Below, piece by piece: positions 56,038-64,000 of a stretch of 64,000 bases of DNA (position 1 is its first letter; each line of letters begins with the position of its first letter). The DNA comes from Candidatus Azotimanducaceae bacterium (lineage in GTDB: Bacteria > Pseudomonadota > Gammaproteobacteria > Pseudomonadales > Azotimanducaceae): NCBI GenBank assembly GCA_965203685.1, contig OZ241908.1:2848940-2912939 (forward strand). Direction: 5' to 3'. The notes beneath the pieces are model-generated. The model saw only the letters and a list, made by a program, of their open reading frames with translations, had not been told where the DNA came from and did no database searches. A program made the translations under genes and the position numbers.

Positions 56038-57680
56038 TCCAACGAGAAGTGAGCCTGAGCGGAAGGGTTGATTCCAACGAGAAGTGAGCCTGTAGCGTCG
56101 TGTCCGGGATCATCGGAGGATGATCTTGAGCCTAGACGTCGAACGACTTCACACCCTGGACCAGGTCCGCGCCTTTCTCGACGGCAACGACCCTGTTGAC
56201 TTCAAGCCACGCTCCCGCGAGGAGGCCTACGCCTTCGTGCAGCGCACGCTGGCGCGCTTCGGCTACGCCCGGCTCGGCAAGGCCGACAAGGGCACGCTGC
56301 GGCGCTTCCTCGGCAAGACCACCGGTCTGTCGCGGGCGCAGTTGACGCGCCTGCTGCGGCAGTACCGGGACACCGGGCGCATCGTCGACCGCCGCGGCGG
56401 ATCGCCGGCGCGGCCCTTCGAGCGCCGCTACACCGCGGCCGACATCCGCCTGCTCGCGGACGTCGACGCCACCCTCGGCCAGATGGCCGGGCCGGCGACC
56501 CGCGAGGTGATGCGCCGCGAGCACGAGGTGTTCGGCGACGAGCGCTTCGCGCGCCTGGCGCGGATCTCGGTCAGCCACCTCTACAACCTGCGCGCCTCGA
56601 CCACCTACCGCCGCAAGCGCACCACGCCGGACCTCACCAGGGCGGTGCAGGTGGCCATCGCCGAGCGCCGCCGGCCCCGGCCCGAGGGCCGGCCCGGCTT
56701 CCTGCGCGTCGACACGGTCCACCAGGGCGACCTCGACGGCAGCAAGGGCCTCTACCTGATCAACGCGGTGGACGAGGTCACCCAGTACGAGTTCATCGGT
56801 GCGGTGGCGGCGATCTCCGAACGCTTCCTGCTGCCCGTGCTCGAGGGACTCCTCGACCTCTTCCCCTTCGCGGTCATGGGCTTCCACGCCGACAACGGCT
56901 CCGAGTACATCAACCGCAAGGTCGCCCGGCTGCTCGCCAAGCTGCATGCCGAGTTCACCAAGTCCCGCGCCCGGCACTCCAACGACAACGCCCTGGTGGA
57001 GGGCAAGAACGCCAACGTCGTGCGCCGCTGGCTCGGCCGCGTCCACATACCCCGGCGCTTCGCGCCGCTGGTCCACGAGTTCACCCGCGGCGTCCTCTCG
57101 CCCGCCGTCAACTACCACCGGCCCTGCATGTTCGCCGTCGAGCACGTCGACGAGGAGGGGCGCGTCCGGCGCCGCTATCCGCACGACCAGGTCGCCACGC
57201 CGTACGAGCGCTTCCGCCGCATCGACGGCGCGGAGCGCTTCCTCAAGCCCGGCGTCGCCTTGGCGGACCTCGACCGCGCCGCCCATGCCGTCAGCGACCT
57301 CGCCGCCCTGCGCGAGGTGAACCGCGCCCGCGCGGAGCTGTTCCGGACGATCCTCGCGTCCGACGCGCAGCCGGCGGCTTGAGGCCCTCCGGGAATGCGC
57401 CGGGAACGCCGCGGGATCCGCCGTGTCAACCCGCTGCGCGGGTCCTCCGCTTCGCTGCGGCCCTTCGGGTGACACGCCGGATCCCGCGTCGTGGAGGTTG
57501 GCGACGACCGGAAGGGTACTTCCGGTCGTCACTGACCGGCTGGGTCACACACGAGGATCCACGGCTCCGGCGTTGACTGCGGCACCGGTTCCCGGCAACG
57601 TCCCGACTTCCCAACACAGGATCCCGGACGCCCGGCGCGGCTCAACGGTCGCCCTCGTTCAGGCTCATCTCCGTATTGGA
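56038..57680 (+). mobile_element. IS element (about 1.64 kb) encoding an rve/DDE transposase (IS481/ISNCY-like)
   Basis: Left end: the 20-bp motif TCCAACGAGAAGTGAGCCTG occurs twice (56038-56057, 56073-56092). Right end: imperfect inverted copies lie at 57639-57659 and 57660-57680 (CAGGCTCATCTCCGTATTGGA). I saw no target-site duplication, so the exact ends are uncertain. Confidence 0.7.
56120..57382 (+). CDS. DDE transposase / integrase core (rve) domain protein with N-terminal HTH
   Basis: D..D(36)E signature: RVDTV, FHADNGSEY and NALVEGKN. GGAGG abuts ATG 56120, so TTG 56126 is an alternative start. Confidence 0.85.
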   Translation: MILSLDVERLHTLDQVRAFLDGNDPVDFKPRSREEAYAFVQRTLARFGYARLGKADKGTLRRFLGKTTGLSRAQLTRLLRQYRDTGRIVDRRGGSPARPFERRYTAADIRLLADVDATLGQMAGPATREVMRREHEVFGDERFARLARISVSHLYNLRASTTYRRKRTTPDLTRAVQVAIAERRRPRPEGRPGFLRVDTVHQGDLDGSKGLYLINAVDEVTQYEFIGAVAAISERFLLPVLEGLLDLFPFAVMGFHADNGSEYINRKVARLLAKLHAEFTKSRARHSNDNALVEGKNANVVRRWLGRVHIPRRFAPLVHEFTRGVLSPAVNYHRPCMFAVEHVDEEGRVRRRYPHDQVATPYERFRRIDGAERFLKPGVALADLDRAAHAVSDLAALREVNRARAELFRTILASDAQPAA

Positions 57681-57817
57681 ATGGACTGTAACGGGCGTCG
57701 CGACTGCGTCGTCGGGCTGATTCCAGCGTAACGACGACGCAGCACGCCGTCTCGGAGGTTTGCGAAACAGCCCGATTCGTGACAATAATCCTTGTTCCAT
57801 TCAGCCCGGAGAGCGCC

Positions 57818-58213
57818 ATGGCAAAGGCCATCCATACGATGATCCGCGTGCAGGAACTGGACCGCTCCATCGACTTCTACGACCGGGCGTTCGGCCTCAA
57901 GGTGGCGGAGCGAGTGGACTTCGACGACTTCACCCTGGTGTACCTGCGCAACGCGGAAAACGACTTCGAACTCGAACTGACCTGGAACCACGACCAGGAG
58001 GGAGCCTACAGCCACGGGTCCGGCTACGGGCATGTGGCGATGGTCGTCGACGACTGCGCGGCCGAACGGGAGCGCTTCGACGGTGCGGGTTTCAACCCCA
58101 GGCCGGTGAGTGAACTACACCGGGACGGTGCGTTGCTGGCCCGGTTCTTCTTCGTGGAGGATCCGGACGGCTACAAGATCGAGGTTCTGGAGCGCCACGG
58201 GCGCTACCAGTAG
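57818..58213 (+). CDS. gloA: Lactoylglutathione lyase (glyoxalase I) / VOC family
   Basis: 131 aa with HTMIRV..LDRSIDFY, ELELTWN, YGHVA and KIEVLE, matching the GloA pattern. Confidence 0.8.
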   Translation: MAKAIHTMIRVQELDRSIDFYDRAFGLKVAERVDFDDFTLVYLRNAENDFELELTWNHDQEGAYSHGSGYGHVAMVVDDCAAERERFDGAGFNPRPVSELHRDGALLARFFFVEDPDGYKIEVLERHGRYQ

Positions 58214-58307
58214 GAGACGGCCTTGTCCCCGTGCCGACACCGCGCGCCTCGATGCCTTGAGGGCGGTTGGTGGTTACGATTGGGTCAAGTTTTGGTGACG
58301 CCGGTGG

Positions 58308-58350
58308 GAGAACGCGAAGCGTTCTCGATCGAGTCGCCGCCAGGCGACTC
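58308..58350. other. Tandem hairpin module (GAA-loop hairpin plus GCCA-loop hairpin) upstream of the MATE gene
   Basis: Hairpin 1 is GAGAACGC-GAA-GCGTTCTC (58308-58326). Hairpin 2 is GAGTCGCC-GCCA-GGCGACTC (58331-58350). The architecture and loops match 39657-39700. Confidence 0.5.
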
Positions 58351-58368
58351 GCCTAGATAGAGGCTCAA

Positions 58369-59769
58369 ATGTCTCAAGGCGATCCGAACCGTCCCATGGA
58401 AAGCGACGGTCGGGTCGCAACCGAACTCAAGCTCTTCGGCACCCTAGGCGTGCCGATCATCCTCACGCAACTCTCGCAGATGGGGATCGGCGTCATCGAC
58501 TCCATCATGGCGGGCCGTGTCAGCCCCACGGATCTCGCGGGCGTCGCGCTAGGTGGCAACTTCTACTTTCCGCCGGTGGTGCTGCTCTCGGGCATCGCGA
58601 TGGCCGTCACGCCCATGCTGTCCCAGATGCACGGTGCCGGCGACGAAGCGCGCGGCGGGGCGGTGGTCCGCCAGGCGCTCTGGATCGCGGTCATCGGCGG
58701 CTTGCTGGCCATGGGACTGATGCAGTTTGGCGAGGCGGGCTACCGCATGATCGGCGTCGACGAGGCGGCCATCCCGGTTGCCACGGCCTACCTCACCTAC
58801 ATGAGCTTCGGCGTCGTCCCGACCATCGCCTTTTTTGTGTTGCGCTACCTCTGCGAAGGGCTGTCGTGGACGACGCCGTCGATGGTCGTGGCTTTCGGCG
58901 GCCTGGCGCTCAAGCTACCCCTCAACTACCTCTTCGTATACGGCGGCCTAGGGATACCCGCCATGGGCGGCGCCGGCTGCGGCGCCTCCAGTGCCATCAT
59001 CATGTGGCTTCAGCTATTCGCCATGATCTTCATCGTGCGCTACTCGCGCGTGCAGCGGGCGGGTGCTTTCTCCCAGTTCTCCCTGCCGGACTTCCGCATC
59101 ATCTGGCGACTGGTGCGGCTCGGCGTGCCGATCGGTATCACCATGTTCTTCGAGGGCACAGTGTTCTCCGTGGTCACGCTTCTCATCGGCCGTCTCGGCG
59201 TCGAGGCCGTTGCGGCCCACCAAGTCGTCTTCAACGTCGGCAGCGTCACGTCCATGATCCCGGTCGCGCTCGGCGTCGCGGCGACCATTCGTGCCGGGTA
59301 CAACGTGGGGGCGAAGGACTACGCGGGTGCGCGCCGCTCCGTTTACGTGGCACTGGCCGCCGCGCTGACGTTCGCGGTCCTCGCCGCGACAGCCCTGCTG
59401 CTGTTCCGTGACACGATCGCTGGTTTCTACACGACGGACTTGAACGTCCTCGCGAGCGCCTCAGTGCTGTTGCTCATCCTCGCGCTCTACCAGTTCGTCG
59501 ACGACACCCAGACCACGGCCATCGGCTGCCTGCGCGGCTACAAGGACGTGCGCATTCCGATGGGGATCGTGCTTTTCTCCCACTGGGGCATCGGAATCCC
59601 GGTGGGCAGCGTGCTGGGCTACGGGCTGTTCGGCTTCGAGCCGTGGGGAGTTTCAGGCTTTTGGTGGGGTCTCATCACGGGGTTCGGGATCTCGACCCTC
59701 AGCCTGAATACAAGACTGGCGATCCTGTCCCGAAGTGAACGACGCATACGGCGCTACGCCGAGGCGTAA
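58369..59769 (+). CDS. MATE family efflux transporter (NorM-like)
   Basis: 466 aa, 12 TM helices, with a MATE-type N-terminal region (LGVPIILTQLSQMGIGVIDSIMAG). Confidence 0.9.
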   Translation: MSQGDPNRPMESDGRVATELKLFGTLGVPIILTQLSQMGIGVIDSIMAGRVSPTDLAGVALGGNFYFPPVVLLSGIAMAVTPMLSQMHGAGDEARGGAVVRQALWIAVIGGLLAMGLMQFGEAGYRMIGVDEAAIPVATAYLTYMSFGVVPTIAFFVLRYLCEGLSWTTPSMVVAFGGLALKLPLNYLFVYGGLGIPAMGGAGCGASSAIIMWLQLFAMIFIVRYSRVQRAGAFSQFSLPDFRIIWRLVRLGVPIGITMFFEGTVFSVVTLLIGRLGVEAVAAHQVVFNVGSVTSMIPVALGVAATIRAGYNVGAKDYAGARRSVYVALAAALTFAVLAATALLLFRDTIAGFYTTDLNVLASASVLLLILALYQFVDDTQTTAIGCLRGYKDVRIPMGIVLFSHWGIGIPVGSVLGYGLFGFEPWGVSGFWWGLITGFGISTLSLNTRLAILSRSERRIRRYAEA

Positions 59770-59797
59770 GCCGTGGACGTGATACGCGGACGATCGG

Positions 59798-60595
59798 TCA
59801 GTCCTCCGCGTAGCGCACCTCCAATCGGCTCAAGCGCCACGTCCCCAATGCGAGCCCGACGGCCGTCAGCGAGAGCAGCGCGAGCACCGAGATCCCAGGC
59901 GTCGGCAGCCGCGCCAGGATGGCGAACGGCCCGTCGGGCACGGGTAGCGGCACAGATGTCAACGCACCCAGGTAGTAGCGGACGCTGAGCGCCTGCAGCG
60001 TCGGCGGCAGCAGGAAATGGAGGCCCTCCCACGCGAGCAGGCCCGCCACCGGCAGGATCGGGTTGCGGAACAACAGGCCGAAGAGCAGGAACAAGGCACC
60101 ATAGGCCGTGCAGGCCAACAGCGTCGTCGCGAGATCCCCGAGCAGCCACGCAATCCACGCGAGCGAGACTCCGGCGGGCGAACCGAACAGTAAGACGCAG
60201 GCGACGACCGTCGCGCCGCCGAACAGCACCCACGACACCACGAGGCCAGCCGCGTACTTGCCGAGCAGCAACGCCCCCCGTTGCAATGGCGCCAGCAAGT
60301 AGTAGTGCAATGTGCGCTCCAGGATCTCCGAACGGAACAGCTTGGTGAAGATGAACGCACAGCCGAAGAAGACGGTCACACCGAGCAGCAGGTTGTAGAA
60401 CACGGCCGGGAAGACGTTGCCGCGGTCGAGGGTGGCGAAGGCGCTCACCGCTGCCGCAACACCGACCGGCAAGGCGGCCAGCAGCAAGGCTGGCAGCGAG
60501 TACCGCGGCCGCACCATCTTCGCCAACTCGATGCGGAACACGGCCCGGAACTGGTGGACGAACGGGGCGGCGCTCGCAGAGGGCAGCGCGTCCAT
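59798..60595 (-). CDS. ABC-2 type transporter permease (second pair)
   Basis: About 6 TM helices. The ATG shares one base with the upstream ATPase stop (TGATG). Confidence 0.7.
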   Translation of the reverse strand: MDALPSASAAPFVHQFRAVFRIELAKMVRPRYSLPALLLAALPVGVAAAVSAFATLDRGNVFPAVFYNLLLGVTVFFGCAFIFTKLFRSEILERTLHYYLLAPLQRGALLLGKYAAGLVVSWVLFGGATVVACVLLFGSPAGVSLAWIAWLLGDLATTLLACTAYGALFLLFGLLFRNPILPVAGLLAWEGLHFLLPPTLQALSVRYYLGALTSVPLPVPDGPFAILARLPTPGISVLALLSLTAVGLALGTWRLSRLEVRYAED

Positions 60596-61602
60596 CAACC
60601 TTGTAGCCCCGAGACCAAATCGGAGTAGACGGCCTCGATGGTCGCGTCCACCGGCGTCACGGCCTCGATCCTCAGCCCATCGACGCACACCAGTTCCCCA
60701 AGAGCGAGGAAGAACGTGTCGGCGTCCGGTGTGCGCACCAGTAAACCCCCGCCATCGCCGTGCAGCTCGACTTCAACAACGGCACCGAGCGCGAACAGCC
60801 TAGAGGCCAAGTGGGGCGCACGGTCGCAGCGGATCGAAACCCGTGCTGGGCGGGTGCCGTCGGCAGCACCCGCGGGCAATGCGACGTCGGTTCGCGCCGC
60901 GACGTCCCGTCGCGCCTCGTCGTGAATCTCCGCCACGTTGCCCGAGGCGACCAGGTAGCCGCCTTCGAGGAACACGACGCGGTCCGAAACGGCATCCACT
61001 TCGTGGAGGATGTGGCTGGAGATGAGGACGCTCGCGCCGTCGTCGGCGAACTCGCGGAACAGCGCGATCGCCTCGGCCCGAGCTTGCGGATCGAGCCCGT
61101 TGAGTGGCTCATCGAGAAGCAGCACGCGGGGGCTGTGGCCGATCGCGCGTGCCACTTTCAGGGCCTGCCGCATGCCCTTGCTGTAGACGTCGATGCGCCG
61201 ATCGGCGGCCTCGCCGAGACCGACGCGATCCAAGGCGACGGATGCGCCTTCCTCCGCTTGGTACGCCGTGTACCCGTAGAGGCGCAGCGAGCCCGCCATG
61301 AATTCCCGGCCACTCATGCCGCGCGGGAAGGCGTCGTACTGCGCACAGTAGCCGACATCGTGGGCGACGAGGCGCGCCTTCCCGAGAAGGCGCGCCTTCT
61401 CGACCGACCGTCCGAGCACGGCGATGTGTCCACGGCTCGGTCGTACCAACCCGGCGACGAGGTTCATGAGGGTCGACTTGCCAGCGCCGTTCGGGCCGAC
61501 CAACCCGGTCACCCCGGCTTCGAAGGATGCCGTGACGCGGTTCACGCCCATGACCTCGCCGTAGAACTTCGAGACGTCGTCGAGCCGGATGCCTGCGCTC
61601 AC
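60595..61602 (-). CDS. ABC transporter ATP-binding protein with C-terminal extension (second pair)
   Basis: Walker A GPNGAGKST, signature YSKGMRQ, Walker B LLLDEP. I prefer GTG 61602, which gives a GTGA overlap with the upstream permease stop. Confidence 0.9.
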   Translation of the reverse strand: MSAGIRLDDVSKFYGEVMGVNRVTASFEAGVTGLVGPNGAGKSTLMNLVAGLVRPSRGHIAVLGRSVEKARLLGKARLVAHDVGYCAQYDAFPRGMSGREFMAGSLRLYGYTAYQAEEGASVALDRVGLGEAADRRIDVYSKGMRQALKVARAIGHSPRVLLLDEPLNGLDPQARAEAIALFREFADDGASVLISSHILHEVDAVSDRVVFLEGGYLVASGNVAEIHDEARRDVAARTDVALPAGAADGTRPARVSIRCDRAPHLASRLFALGAVVEVELHGDGGGLLVRTPDADTFFLALGELVCVDGLRIEAVTPVDATIEAVYSDLVSGLQG

Positions 61603-62465
61603 AGCCTTATGCGACTCACCAGTGCCCACGCCGCAAGCGTCGCGACGCCGACGACCACCGCGGCTGCGAGCGTGGCCGGCATCGACGGATCACCGATTCC
61701 TGAAACCGTCGCCGAAATCGCCTGCACGGCATCGGCCAAGTCGAGGAGGCTCCCGGACCAGCCGCCGAAAACCGGCTGCAGAACATCACCGAGAGTCGTG
61801 CTGACGATGTAGGCACCGAGCAACCCCAAGGTCGCCGCCGGTCGCCATTTCACCCAAGCCGAGATCGCCAGCGCCAGCATCGACAGACAGACCGTCCAGG
61901 CCAGGAGGCCGATCGCGAACGCCGCCGCCAAACGCGCAGTCCCGAGCCAGGCGACTTCGCCGCCGTAGCCCGCATTCACCACAATCAGCAGCAGGCCCGG
62001 GCACAGGCCCACCGCCACGCAAAGGCCGACGAGCACCAAGAGCTTCCCGGCGATATAGGAGCGTCGGGCGACCGGCCGCGAAAGGTAGAGCGGCATCGCG
62101 TTGTTCGCCAAGTCCGGTGCCACTAGGCCGGGACCCACCACTAGGACGACCAGGAATGTCACGGTCTGGGCGATGTCGAGCGCGATGTCGAACAACCACG
62201 CATCCAAGTCCAGGACGTTGCCGATCGCTGACCCCGCCTCTTCGATGGCCGCGACGTTGTAGCGCAGGTAGACGGCAACCAGGAGCACGAAACTCGGCAC
62301 GAGGCAGGCCACGAGGAACGCCACAAACAGCCTGGAACGCATCGTCGAGGCGAGTGCATGGCGGGCGATCACGTAGGCGCAGCCGCGTCCTGAGTCGGCA
62401 GCCGATCGATCAAGCCACATCGGCGACCGCCCCACCGTGCGCGACACGGTCGACACCGGCGTCAC
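61599..62465 (-). CDS. ABC-2 type transporter permease (first pair)
   Basis: About 6 TM helices. The GTG start overlaps the upstream ATPase stop (GTGA). Confidence 0.7.
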   Translation of the reverse strand: MTPVSTVSRTVGRSPMWLDRSAADSGRGCAYVIARHALASTMRSRLFVAFLVACLVPSFVLLVAVYLRYNVAAIEEAGSAIGNVLDLDAWLFDIALDIAQTVTFLVVLVVGPGLVAPDLANNAMPLYLSRPVARRSYIAGKLLVLVGLCVAVGLCPGLLLIVVNAGYGGEVAWLGTARLAAAFAIGLLAWTVCLSMLALAISAWVKWRPAATLGLLGAYIVSTTLGDVLQPVFGGWSGSLLDLADAVQAISATVSGIGDPSMPATLAAAVVVGVATLAAWALVSRIRL

Positions 62466-63400
62466 CTGGCGCCGTCCGCGTGATCGGCATCGGCCATCGT
62501 GCGCAGGAAAATGTCCTGCAACGAGTCGCGCTTGTGGTCAAGTTGGCGGATCTGCACGGACCGTTGGCCAGCTAGCACGTACAGGTCGCGGACGTCGATC
62601 CCCTCCGGGAGGACGGCTTTCAACTGCCCTTCGCTCCGCGCGACTTCGCAACCGAGCTTGACCAATCCGTTGGCGAACCCGCTCTCGTCGCCCTTGACCT
62701 TGAGAAACAGAAAGCGCCGATTGCTGCGTCGCTCCGCCGCCAAGTCGCAATGGTTCGCGATCCCCCCGTCCTTGATGAGGACGACCTCGTCGCAAACGGC
62801 CTCCACGTCGGGCAGCAAGTGGGAGGACACCACGAAGCGCGTTCTGCCCTCGTCGCGCAGATCCCGGATCAAGGCGAGCATCCGTTCTCGACCAGGCGCG
62901 TCGAGGCCGTTGGTGGGCTCGTCGAGCAGCAGCAGTCGCGGGGTGTGGGCGATCGCCTGGGCGAGCTTGACGAGTTGCTTCATGCCGGAGGAATAGGACT
63001 CGATGTTCCGGTAGCGCGCCTCGCCCAAGCCGACGCTGAACAACGCCTCGTGGGCCCGGTCGAGCGCGTCGTGCGGGGCGAGGCCCGACAGTTCCGCCAT
63101 GAACCGTACGAAACGCACGCCCGTCATACCGGCAATGAAGCTGTCGCGTTCCGGCATGTAGCCGGTCAGCCCGCGCACCGCGTGCGTGTCGCGGGCGACA
63201 TCGTGACCGAACAACCTCGCACGCCCACGACTGGGCTTCAAGAAACCGAGCAACGTGTTCAAGAGCGTCGTCTTGCCGGCGCCGTTGGGACCGAGCAGAC
63301 CGATGCAGCGACCCTGGATGCGGGCGGTCAAGCCATCCAGGATCGTTCGACCACCCAGGTCGACCCCTAAGCCATCCAACTCCGCCCAAGCTTCGCTCAA
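62462..63400 (-). CDS. ABC transporter ATP-binding protein with C-terminal extension (first pair)
   Basis: Walker [10 protein letters not shown], signature YSSGMKQ, Walker B LLLDEP. A TTG start is inferred at 63400 (TTGA overlap with the upstream stop). The track ORF is over-extended to 63973. Confidence 0.85.
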   Translation of the reverse strand: MSEAWAELDGLGVDLGGRTILDGLTARIQGRCIGLLGPNGAGKTTLLNTLLGFLKPSRGRARLFGHDVARDTHAVRGLTGYMPERDSFIAGMTGVRFVRFMAELSGLAPHDALDRAHEALFSVGLGEARYRNIESYSSGMKQLVKLAQAIAHTPRLLLLDEPTNGLDAPGRERMLALIRDLRDEGRTRFVVSSHLLPDVEAVCDEVVLIKDGGIANHCDLAAERRSNRRFLFLKVKGDESGFANGLVKLGCEVARSEGQLKAVLPEGIDVRDLYVLAGQRSVQIRQLDHKRDSLQDIFLRTMADADHADGAR

Positions 63401-64000
63401 GTCCCGCCGCTCCCGGGCACGGCACCCGCACTCATGCCCGCGAGTATGGCCAACTCCGGCAGCGACAGTCCAAGGGGGCCGTTGACGACCAGCCTGACGC
63501 GGTCGGGTTCTCGATAGACGGCGTGCATCCAGGGTCCCGCCTCGGCAAGGATGTCCATCACGAGGCGTCGCTCGGCGGGAACAGCCTCGCGCAGCAACGC
63601 CCGCACGCTTGGCGCCAAGTCGCCGAACTCGGTGTAGCCGACCGCCGAGAAGTCGAGATAGGTGTCGTCCGGCAACAGGTCGCGGAATCGGCGCGAGCCC
63701 GGCAAGGTCACGCCTGACTCGTACGTCCGCCTCGCCTGCTCCACCAAGGCCGGGGTGGCGGCTGCGACAAGATAGCCGTCGAAGTATGCGTAGTGAGCCG
63801 ACACCAAGCCGACGGCTAAGTGCACCAGCGGATACGGGCCGGAGGCGTCCGTGGACAACGTCACCCGGGTGTCGTCCCCCAACCGGGACGCGCCGTCGTT
63901 CAGCCTCGTCGCAAGGGTCTCGATGCCGCGCTGGAAGGCCTCGCGATCGTAGACCTCGATCACCGCCTGCCACGATGGCGTCGGCAGCAACGCGCCGTCG
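63397..64000 (-). CDS. C-terminal part of an unknown (possibly DUF3352-like) protein; 5' end lies outside the window
   Basis: The frame is open to the window edge. The segment [24 protein letters not shown] recalls DUF3352-type periplasmic proteins, but the match is weak. It is the first gene of the ABC operon. Confidence 0.45.
   Translation of the reverse strand, partial: DGALLPTPSWQAVIEVYDREAFQRGIETLATRLNDGASRLGDDTRVTLSTDASGPYPLVHLAVGLVSAHYAYFDGYLVAAATPALVEQARRTYESGVTLPGSRRFRDLLPDDTYLDFSAVGYTEFGDLAPSVRALLREAVPAERRLVMDILAEAGPWMHAVYREPDRVRLVVNGPLGLSLPELAILAGMSAGAVPGSGGT

Noticed and set aside
57704-57742. A perfect 11-bp inverted repeat (CTGCGTCGTCG-N17-CGACGACGCAG) just outside the right end of the IS, considered as part of the IS or as a terminator.
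   Set aside because: It has no counterpart at the left end and no U-tract. A single occurrence is not interpretable. It is noted only as a possible pre-existing hairpin at the insertion site.

Overview
This is a high-G+C chromosomal window (roughly two thirds G+C by eye, not computed). Its conserved gene order points to a gammaproteobacterium; that is inference from synteny, as no search was run. The conserved blocks are ftsK-lolA-rarA-crcB-serS-cysG on the minus strand, dsbD'-aroQ-accB-prmA-DUF3426-purH'-purD on the plus strand, and trpGDC. I call 65 CDS (2 cut by the window edges), 1 nuclease pseudogene remnant, 1 tRNA-Pro(GGG), 1 IS element, a REP-like palindrome family and a few hairpin elements. 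Most of the window is core metabolism and envelope functions: a TRAP transporter, an acetoin/2-oxoacid dehydrogenase cluster, Trp and purine genes, RND, MATE and ABC exporters, and a TonB-dependent receptor. The accessory-looking part is 48.1-57.7 kb. It holds a lower-G+C patch abutting the 3' end of tRNA-Pro, which contains an orphan coupled two-gene cassette, a decayed HKD/PLD nuclease, a multicopper oxidase and an SdiA-regulated-like gene. It also holds an rve-transposase IS with unusual subterminal repeats. The most unusual observations are as follows. (i) The orphan membrane-protein/soluble-protein cassette at 48334-48954 is my best candidate for an undescribed small system, but the functional reading is inference only. 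(ii) A conserved 11-gene block appears in a pared-down form: DsbD reduced to its alpha domain, no accC, no dusB-fis, and PurH reduced to its IMP-cyclohydrolase domain. (iii) A REP-like element is tandemly duplicated across the prmA stop and supplies the likely start codon of the next gene. (iv) Two intergenic tandem-hairpin modules share architecture and loops but not stem sequence. Many long ORFs in the track are antisense artefacts of the high G+C content and are not reported as genes.
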